A DNA stretch of 32,466 nt from Octopus bimaculoides (taxonomy: Eukaryota), in assembly GCF_001194135.2 (NCBI RefSeq), contig NC_068993.1, forward strand, positions 46,206,110 to 46,238,575, given 5' to 3'. The stretch's first letter is position 1; each line of letters opens with the position of its first letter. Made by a program: the position numbers and the translations under genes. Positions 24,130 through 32,466 of this stretch are shown piece by piece. The notes under the pieces were generated by a model. The model was not told the origin of the DNA and ran no database searches. It saw only the letters and a list, made by a program, of their open reading frames with translations.

Positions 24130-24130
<1 letters not shown>
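21861..24130 (-). mobile_element. ORF1-only non-LTR element (L1/Tx1-like ORF1, no ORF2) with A-tail, flanked by (GATA)n
   Basis: The 3' end reads aataaaaaaa then (TCTA)n on the minus strand; the 5' end also abuts (TCTA)n. It holds one gag-like frame with a CCHC knuckle and no endonuclease or RT motifs. Two small gaps lie inside. Confidence 0.75.
22254..23927 (-). pseudogene. L1/Tx1-like ORF1 nucleic-acid-binding protein with CX2CX4HX4C zinc knuckle, interrupted by in-frame stops and a gap
   Basis: Track ORFs 23355-23927, 23118-23327 and 22815-23099 share one frame and are separated only by single stops. Motifs: YLGQRVTRVSIKNVPPEVEPQWL and LYVVVEGRRPRCYLCGIKGHLKKDCP (knuckle 22881-22922). After the gap comes an acidic/basic tail SDSSEDSSEDESSSSEWQIARKGRRKRSKK, ending at 22254 with one more stop. 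An in-frame 27-bp tandem duplication (QGPKLKL x2) lies at 23441-23489. Confidence 0.8.

Positions 24131-24160
<30 letters not shown>
24131..24160. repeat. (GATA)n microsatellite
   Basis: Directly visible; same orientation as 21827-21860. Confidence 0.95.
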
Positions 24161-25417
24161 AGATGGTATCAAACGTTTCCCATACGAGTTATGTTTAATA
24201 AAAGAAATAACTTATTTACGTAAATTTTAGCATCATCGCCTTCGAAATAGTCACCTTGCGCAGCAATACACCGGTCCCAGCCTTCCTACCCAATTTGGAA
24301 TCCGGCCTAGAAGTCGTCTTCCGTAAGCGAATCGAGGACCTTCTGTGATTCACTCTGAACTTTGACAACGGTGTTAAAACGGCGACCTGTCAGCAGCATT
24401 TTCATCATGAGGAAGAGATGTAAGTCCGCAGGCGCAAGATCTCTCTAATAGGGAGGGCGTGGAAGCGATACCATGTACCTTATGACGAGAAACTCACGAA
24501 TGAGAAGAACTCGGTGACAGAGTGCATTGTTGTCGTCGAGAATCCAGTCCTTTGCGCTCCGCAAATCCGCTCGCTTTCGCCGAATGTCCTTCCTCAAACA
24601 CTTCAATGCCTCGCAGTAGAATTGTCTGGTCGACGGGGACGATTTCTCGACGCACAATACCATGGATGTCGAAAAAATTATGAGCATGCGCTTGTTTGAA
24701 CTGCGGCTCTGTTGTGTCTTCTTTGATTGTGTTCTTCGTCATAGGGCTGTACCCTTAGAGCCAACTCATATCTCCGGTGATGATCCACGACACGAAGGAG
24801 ACGGGTCATCAGCGGCACGCTGACGGAGATCTTGCCGGACTTCGATGCAATGTTCTTTCTGCTCAGTGGTTGGCAGAGACGCACTGCATGTTCAATTCAC
24901 ACGTTAGGATTACATGTACGGATTCATACGGTAGACCAACAACATCAGCAATGTCGTTGATTGTGCTCCGGCGATCTTGATGCGCAAACTAACGAATTTT
25001 CTCCTCATTACCGAGGATGACGCTCGTGGCAGGTCTTCCTGATCACTCATCGTCTTCGAAGGACATTCTTCCGCTTTTGAAGAGCGGCTGCAACTCGAAA
25101 CATTGCGTACAACCCATTGCCTCGTCACCGTAAGCTTGCTGAAGCAAGCTCAATGTCTCTGTAGCAGATGTCAAAAGTTTAGCGCAACATTTCACGTAGA
25201 CTAATTGCTCCAACTTCTTGTCCATAACAAGATCGCAGATTGCAGCATGCAGATGATCACAAAAGCACACATTTCACAAGTTTCAAAGTAAATACAGCAG
25301 TGTCACTCGGCACACTGCCTCATGAAAATTACTGCTAGCTCTCACTACGCAGGCAACAATGTTTTGCGATCTGTTGGCGCACTACAGAACTAGTCCGGAA
25401 ACTTTTTGATACCATCT
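24161..25417 (-). mobile_element. Near full-length mariner (DD34D-type) transposon, decayed
   Basis: Imperfect TIRs agatggtatcaaacgtttcc (24161) / ggaaactttttgataccatct (to 25417). The transposase starts at 25225 (MDKKLEQLVYVKCCAKL...LQQAYGDEAM...LFKSGRMSFEDDE*SGRP) and includes WIITGDMSWL*GYSP, FFDIHGIV, QFYCEALKCLRKDIRRKR, WILDDNNALCH, PRPPY*RDLAPAD and WDRCIAAQGDYFEGDD, with several stops and frameshifts. Confidence 0.95.
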
Positions 25418-25424
25418 CAAATGT

Positions 25425-25880
<456 letters not shown>

Positions 25881-26047
25881 ACGACTGCGTGTGTTTTTGT
25901 GGTGTCTATGTGTAAAGCGTCTGCATATGTGAAAGTACTTATATAAATCGATTCTGAATATATGGAAATCAAAAGCAATCTGAATGCAGAAGTTGACATA
26001 TAAAGTTAATAGGATTAAAAAAAAAAACAACTGTAAGAATCTTAACA

Positions 26048-26390
26048 CGATCTCACATTTATTATGAATAAGTATACGAAACTTATCTCATATTGACTCT
26101 GTGTAATTACCCTTAACATCATCTAATGTAATGTGTAAGCACCCTAACCTGTAAGTACCCTAACACTAAATCGGGATGATTAACAGTCAGTACTCAAGCA
26201 CCCTCATGCATTGGTTACTTCTAAGTACGCCAACACAGTAAGTCTCTTATTGAATGACTGTAAATACCCTAACCACGTCTCACATTTATTACTTATGATT
26301 ACTCTTATACCTTCTTTCATTGTCTTTCAGTATTCTAACACAATTCCACATTGATAATCTGTAAATAACCCTTACGCCATCTTACATCGA
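26048..26390. repeat. Highly degenerate minisatellite-like tract with recurring tgtaa.taccctaac and tctcacatt
   Basis: About five variants of tgtaa(g/a/t)(c/t)accct(a/t)ac; tctcacatttatt occurs twice. Confidence 0.45.
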
Positions 26391-27454
26391 TTATTTTTAC
26401 CACAAATATGGATTTATAACATTACTACACATTTGGAAGGAGGCTTCATTTGATTATGTACTCCAACGTACCAAATTAGTACTAATTGAATCGAACAAAT
26501 GCCAAGTTGACCACGTCAGGATTTTGACTCAGCGCCTCAGGGGCCGTAATTCATCCATTGCATTACATTGCCCGACACCTTGAAGATTTTTAACATACTA
26601 ACGCATACATGATTTACAACAGAATTTAACGTTGGGTGTCGAGGTGCTTCATACTTCCACCACAGTGGAACTCTGGTCTCGTACCACTTGGCACTACCTC
26701 GGTTCTTTAGTATCTTCTAGATATGATTAGGACGATACTAAGCAGCGTGGAAATGCATGGAAACTATGGCAGTCTCGAATGGAACGCAGTTGATCATAGA
26801 GCTGCTAGTGCAGCGTTGACCTGATAATACAGAACAATAACAACAGGAAAGTATTGACTTCTCTCTTTCACGCAAACACAAAAACTGATGTACACAAACA
26901 AACGTATGTAGCAGCAATCGATTTTTCAAAAAAAACACATTGTCCTACTTTCGGCAAGTATGATTAAGTCTAAGACTTGCTGAGGAAGACTTTATAACAT
27001 TCCCAAAACATGTTCGGAGTCACCTTCCGTATTTTCCGATATGAAATAACTAACATAATTACTAGATTTATATTTCCTTCCGCTTAATTATTTTTGTAGC
27101 TATGCAATGAATACTGTAATTAATATTTTAACACTAAATTAATTACAAAGAATCAACTACAAAAGATAAAATTTAGGATGATTATTAGTTCATTTATAAC
27201 ACAAATTAGTAACATGAAATGTGATCATCGTCCCCCTGGATCAAACCGAACGGGATCCAACACGCCTAACATCAAAGAATTTTATTCATTACTACACTGC
27301 ATTCAATACTACCATTAATCCATATATTCCATAGACGTGTGATAAAAGTAAATCAAGACGTGAGCAGACATTCGTTATTATTGTATTACCATATATGTCA
27401 AAGGCTACGAGTAAGCGGAATCTTTAAAGACTCTGACAAAATGATGTGAGTTAA

Positions 27455-27520
27455 TACTTCCGGCAATGTTACGTTGAGTTCGAATCACACCCAGACCAAT
27501 TTAGCCTTTCGGAGTGGAAG
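27455..27520 (+). mobile_element. Probable very decayed SINE family A fragment
   Basis: gttacgttgagttcgaatc (B-box) followed by tttagcctttcggagt. Confidence 0.4.
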
Positions 27521-27744
27521 AAATACGGTACCAATCATGGACAGGAATCTATGGAATCGAGTAAATATCTGCCCTCACAGTACAGTTGATGGCATTTTGC
27601 CTAAATTAAAAACAATTATTTAATATGATGCATTTTATTAAGACGGTAGAACGTGATTTGATCGATATTTAACTGATATTTCAATCGGGCGCAGAGGCTC
27701 AGACTTTCGTTGTTTCACACGCATGCATGAGAGCAATGCTTATA

Positions 27745-27876
27745 TACATACATATATATACAAAGAAATCGAAATATATGTATACACATACATATAAACA
27801 TATGCATACACACACACACATATATATACATCTGCCAATTCATATACACATTTATTTTTCTCAATTTATACAAATA

Positions 27877-27920
<44 letters not shown>

Positions 27921-28182
27921 CGTTACTGATTGATTATTTCTCATTTCTTTCGGCAGTTTGGTTTAGGTTTTAAGTGGTTTTAATTTTATTTTGGGTTGTT
28001 CTGTTCTAGAAACATCGGGATGATTTGTAAAGCTTGAATTATCGATCACTCTTTGGAATTTGCTACAGATTTCAAGTTGTTTTACAAATTAATTAGATTC
28101 CACACATGTAATTCGGTTGTTTATGCAAATAAATAAATTCATATAGGTACGTAAATATCTACACATATCCACACGTATGTAT

Positions 28183-28244
<62 letters not shown>

Positions 28245-28295
28245 GCATACATACACATATACATGAGTACGCGCATATGTATGCATATATATGCA
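27745..28295. repeat. Several (CA)/(TA)/(TG)(CG) microsatellites with short spacers
   Basis: Directly visible. Confidence 0.85.
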
Positions 28296-28479
28296 GAATA
28301 CATAAATGCATTTTTAGATGTTTATACGAGCGGTGTGAGTATGTATGGGCGTTTAAGAGCGGGCACACTGGAGCAAATCTAATAATAATATGGACTGTTT
28401 TATTTTTCTCGACTTAAACATGGAAGGATGAATTATATAGAATTTTTTTTTATGTATTCCCTGAACGGATAGGCTGCTT

Positions 28480-28970
28480 ATTACATCATCACCAACATCA
28501 TCATCACCAAGAAAGCCATCATCTACATCATCAGCATACTACCACCACTACCACCACCACTATCACCAGTACCACTGTCATCGTCATCATCATTATCATA
28601 TCATCGTCATCACCATATTATCGTCATCATCATCACAACGATTACCATTATCATGATCACCATCATTATCAACATGAAAGCCATCACTGCATCATCAGTA
28701 TCCTCATCATCTTCATCACTACCGATACTAATACCACCAAGACCGACATCATCAGTATCGTCATCATCATCATTGTCATCATCATCATCGTCATCATCAT
28801 CATCATTGTCATCATCATCACCATGAACGAAGCTACCATCGTCATCATGAACATACTCATCACTGCCATCGTTCTCATCATCATCCCCCTGAACTTCATC
28901 AGCAGCAGCATCTTGTTTCTTATCCTTTACATCATCTTCATTAGCATCAGCAGTCTTAGCATGTGCAGAA
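28480..28970. repeat. Degenerate (CAT)/(CAC)n low-complexity tract
   Basis: Directly visible; source of the poly-D/M ORFs. Confidence 0.9.
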
Positions 28971-29432
28971 GCATAACAGATCAAATCCCCCTAAACAACA
29001 AAACTAAAACTTCAGAGAAAATGTGATTAACTGATAAATTCAGTAAAAACCAACAACCCAATAAAAGGCAAGAATAAATGATATTCAAACACGCCTTCAT
29101 TCACATGAAGGTATTCAATAAAAAAAGTAAACGTTAATCTACAACAAAATAACCAGTGATGACGCACAAATACATTAGCCAATCAAAATAGGTTGTAAGA
29201 GTGCTCGCCTGAGAATGGCAGAGGCGTGAAACTCGAAAAGTAAGATAAATAGTCAACTTTAATAAACCATCCAAGAATATGTATTGAGGGTTTCTTTCTC
29301 TTTTATTTCCTACGATTTAATGGTTAAGTTTATGTCTACATATATTTATATGCTTCTGCATATATAGATACGAGAAGTAAATAACTACATGTATATGCAT
29401 ATGTATGCACATGCACACAAATATATATATAT

Positions 29433-30050
29433 NNNNNNNNNNNNNNNNNNNNNNNNNNNNNNNNNNNNNNNNNNNNNNNNNNNNNNNNNNNNNNNNNNNN
29501 NNNNNNNNNNNNNNNNNNNNNNNNNNNNNNNNNNNNNNNNNNNNNNNNNNNNNNNNNNNNNNNNNNNNNNNNNNNNNNNNNNNNNNNNNNNNNNNNNNNN
29601 NNNNNNNNNNNNNNNNNNNNNNNNNNNNNNNNNNNNNNNNNNNNNNNNNNNNNNNNNNNNNNNNNNNNNNNNNNNNNNNNNNNNNNNNNNNNNNNNNNNN
29701 NNNNNNNNNNNNNNNNNNNNNNNNNNNNNNNNNNNNNNNNNNNNNNNNNNNNNNNNNNNNNNNNNNNNNNNNNNNNNNNNNNNNNNNNNNNNNNNNNNNN
29801 NNNNNNNNNNNNNNNNNNNNNNNNNNNNNNNNNNNNNNNNNNNNNNNNNNNNNNNNNNNNNNNNNNNNNNNNNNNNNNNNNNNNNNNNNNNNNNNNNNNN
29901 NNNNNNNNNNNNNNNNNNNNNNNNNNNNNNNNNNNNNNNNNNNNNNNNNNNNNNNNNNNNNNNNNNNNNNNNNNNNNNNNNNNNNNNNNNNNNNNNNNNN
30001 NNNNNNNNNNNNNNNNNNNNNNNNNNNNNNNNNNNNNNNNNNNNNNNNNN
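29433..30050. other. Assembly gap. Other gaps: 4031-4099, 6724-6932, 8569-8712, 13738-13747, 21999-22008, 22768-22805, 30942-31845
   Basis: Runs of N. Confidence 1.
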
Positions 30051-30094
<44 letters not shown>

Positions 30095-30096
<2 letters not shown>

Positions 30097-30309
30097 AGGG
30101 GTTACTGAAAATGTCCTGGCTATAGGTAAAAGAAAATACAGCAGGTTCAGTTAATTGTGATTTTATTCAACATGTTCCTCTTTCTGATTCACACACTTAC
30201 TACAGTTTCCTTGAATTTTTCTAAGCCCTGTAAAAGGACTCGGAATTGTCGAATCTCCAGATTCAGGACTTTGGTCCCTTAAAGTCAGGAAAATTTCAGC
30301 CGCCCCTCG
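30095..30309 (-). mobile_element. 215-bp mariner-derived MITE retaining the transposase 3' end
   Basis: TIRs caaggggttactgaaaatgtcctggct / agtcaggaaaatttcagccgcccctcg. The minus strand carries LEKFK..CSKCVNQKEEHVE* (with a shift), similar to a mariner C-terminus xxCxKCVxxxGEYVE*. The flanks CA and TG may be mutated TA. Confidence 0.85.
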
Positions 30310-30328
30310 TGTATGTATATATATATAA

Positions 30329-30598
30329 GACTAGGATGTTAGAAATGCCTGCATTGCTAGAAATAAAAGCTAACATGCACATAATTGTATAGATATATAC
30401 TGACAGAGACCATAATTGCCACAAAGCACCGATCGAGATTTCCCTATACTGACCGGTCAATCGTGGCAATTTCCATTGCTTCATGAGTAAGGACTGGCTA
30501 TATCAGCAATGTAGGTGTTTCTAACACCCTAGTCATATTAAGTGACAATTATAGATTTCCTTTTTGATAAAGCACTGCATACTGCTGTCTATATTAAT
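30329..30598. mobile_element. Long-TIR MITE/fold-back element with its left arm truncated
   Basis: 30-bp inverted repeat 30329-30358 / 30505-30534 with 4 mismatches. The right arm extends to 30598 by homology with 6550-6643. Confidence 0.7.
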
Positions 30599-30704
30599 CA
30601 TATATATAAAGAGAGAAAGAGAGAAACAAAAAGCGAAGTGCGGTTATGAACAACAAGCAAGTGTATTAGCATTAGAAAATAAAAATTACATGTATATATA
30701 TATA

Positions 30705-32150
30705 TCATCATCATCATCATCGTTTAACGTCCGCTTTCCATGCTAGCATGGGTTGGACGATTTGACTGAGGACTGGTGAAACCGGATGGCAACACCAGGC
30801 TCCAGTCTGATTTGGCAGAGTTTCTACAGCTGGATGCCCTTCCTAACGCCAACCACTCAGAGAGTGTAGTGGGTGCTTTTACGTGTCACCCGCACGAAAA
30901 CGTCCACGCTCGAAATGGTGTCTTTTATGTGCCACCCGCACNNNNNNNNNNNNNNNNNNNNNNNNNNNNNNNNNNNNNNNNNNNNNNNNNNNNNNNNNNN
31001 NNNNNNNNNNNNNNNNNNNNNNNNNNNNNNNNNNNNNNNNNNNNNNNNNNNNNNNNNNNNNNNNNNNNNNNNNNNNNNNNNNNNNNNNNNNNNNNNNNNN
31101 NNNNNNNNNNNNNNNNNNNNNNNNNNNNNNNNNNNNNNNNNNNNNNNNNNNNNNNNNNNNNNNNNNNNNNNNNNNNNNNNNNNNNNNNNNNNNNNNNNNN
31201 NNNNNNNNNNNNNNNNNNNNNNNNNNNNNNNNNNNNNNNNNNNNNNNNNNNNNNNNNNNNNNNNNNNNNNNNNNNNNNNNNNNNNNNNNNNNNNNNNNNN
31301 NNNNNNNNNNNNNNNNNNNNNNNNNNNNNNNNNNNNNNNNNNNNNNNNNNNNNNNNNNNNNNNNNNNNNNNNNNNNNNNNNNNNNNNNNNNNNNNNNNNN
31401 NNNNNNNNNNNNNNNNNNNNNNNNNNNNNNNNNNNNNNNNNNNNNNNNNNNNNNNNNNNNNNNNNNNNNNNNNNNNNNNNNNNNNNNNNNNNNNNNNNNN
31501 NNNNNNNNNNNNNNNNNNNNNNNNNNNNNNNNNNNNNNNNNNNNNNNNNNNNNNNNNNNNNNNNNNNNNNNNNNNNNNNNNNNNNNNNNNNNNNNNNNNN
31601 NNNNNNNNNNNNNNNNNNNNNNNNNNNNNNNNNNNNNNNNNNNNNNNNNNNNNNNNNNNNNNNNNNNNNNNNNNNNNNNNNNNNNNNNNNNNNNNNNNNN
31701 NNNNNNNNNNNNNNNNNNNNNNNNNNNNNNNNNNNNNNNNNNNNNNNNNNNNNNNNNNNNNNNNNNNNNNNNNNNNNNNNNNNNNNNNNNNNNNNNNNNN
31801 NNNNNNNNNNNNNNNNNNNNNNNNNNNNNNNNNNNNNNNNNNNNTCTTATTCTAGCAGCTACACTTTCAGCGCACCCACCCCCACTACTAACTTGGTCGC
31901 CCAGATAGCGGAAGCTATCGACTACCTCTAGTTTTTCACCCTGGAATGAGATAGAAGTTGTTTCCTGTTTGTTTGCAGTCTTTATTGCACCTGAACATCT
32001 GCCACAAACAAAAACTAACTTGCTAGTTAACCTGCCTTTGATGTTGCTGCACCTCTTATGTGTCCATAGCTTGCACCGGGTACATCTTATAGAGTTACTA
32101 CCTACTCCTTTTCTACATACTGAGCAGGGCCATCTACCTGAAGGGGTTTG
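30705..32150 (-). mobile_element. 5'-truncated RTE-clade LINE spanning the 904-N gap, with (GAT)n tail, inserted in (TA)n
   Basis: 31846-32150 is a stop-free 101-codon RT fragment ending ...EKLEVVDSFRYLGDQVSSGGGCAESVAARI. 30705-30941 is an RTE-type 3' end (minus: gtccaacccatgctagcatggaaagcggacgttaaac(gat)n). (TA)n lies on both sides. Linking the two parts across the gap is inference. Confidence 0.8.
31846..32150 (-). CDS. RTE ORF2 fragment: PHD-like C4HC3 finger followed by the RT YLG motif (partial, no start or stop)
   Basis: QTPSGRWPCSVCRKGVGSNSIRCTRCKLWTHKRCSNIKGRLTSKLVFVCGRCSGAIKTANKQETTSISFQGEKLEVVDSFRYLGDQVSSGGGCAESVAARI. It is absent from the ORF track because it has no start codon. 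Confidence 0.85.
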
Positions 32151-32166
32151 TATATATATATATAAA

Positions 32167-32372
32167 TGCGCCCTTTTAAAGCCTAGCTAGTCTCATGGGC
32201 CCGGTTTCCCGGTTTCAATGGCGTATGTGCTCCCTAGCGTTACTCATTTTTGCCAACCGAGTGGACTGGAGCAACATAAAATGAAGTGTTTTGCGTCGCC
32301 CGGTCCAGGAATCGAAACCACAATCTTACGATCATGGTGCTGACACCCTAACCACTAAGCCATGCGCCTCCA
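32167..32372 (-). mobile_element. tRNA-derived SINE family C, internally deleted copy
   Basis: Minus head gtggaggcgcatggcttagtggttagggtgtcagcaccatgatcgtaagattgtggtttcgattcc has A/B boxes; body shared with 18233-18476. Confidence 0.88.
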
Positions 32373-32431
32373 CACACATATATATGTGTGTGTGTGTGTT
32401 TGTGTATCTATCTATATATATACACATACAC

Positions 32432-32466
<35 letters not shown>
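32373..32466. repeat. (CA)/(TA)/(TG) microsatellite to the window end
   Basis: Directly visible. Confidence 0.95.

Noticed and set aside
32300-32372. tRNA-like heads here and at 18410-18476, 21090-21155, 17873-17960
   Set aside because: They are SINE heads fused to repeat bodies, not complete cloverleaf tRNA genes.

Overview
Eukaryotic, AT-rich non-genic or intronic DNA from a gapped draft assembly (8 N-gaps, most next to microsatellites). I found no supportable host protein-coding gene, intact tRNA/rRNA gene or CRISPR array. Nearly all long ORFs in the track are microsatellite or N-gap artefacts. The repeat families match octopus (coleoid cephalopod) repeats as I recall them; this is inference, not a database check. 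The window contains: four Penelope-like (PLE) RT fragments; a CR1/L2-type LINE 3' end; a Tc1 transposase C-terminus; a decayed R4/Dong-like LINE; a near full-length mariner; a mariner-derived MITE; a 5'-truncated RTE LINE spanning the last gap; about 13 copies of three tRNA-headed SINE families; and a short 28S rRNA fragment. Best leads: (1) an approximately 2.3-kb polyadenylated element (21861-24130, minus) that encodes only an L1/Tx1-type ORF1 with a CCHC knuckle and no ORF2, flanked on both sides by (GATA)n; (2) a C4HC3 PHD-like finger just upstream of the RT 'YLG' motif in a stop-free RTE fragment; (3) a head-to-head SINE pair able to form dsRNA; (4) a long-TIR MITE that can be reconstructed from two partial copies 24 kb apart.
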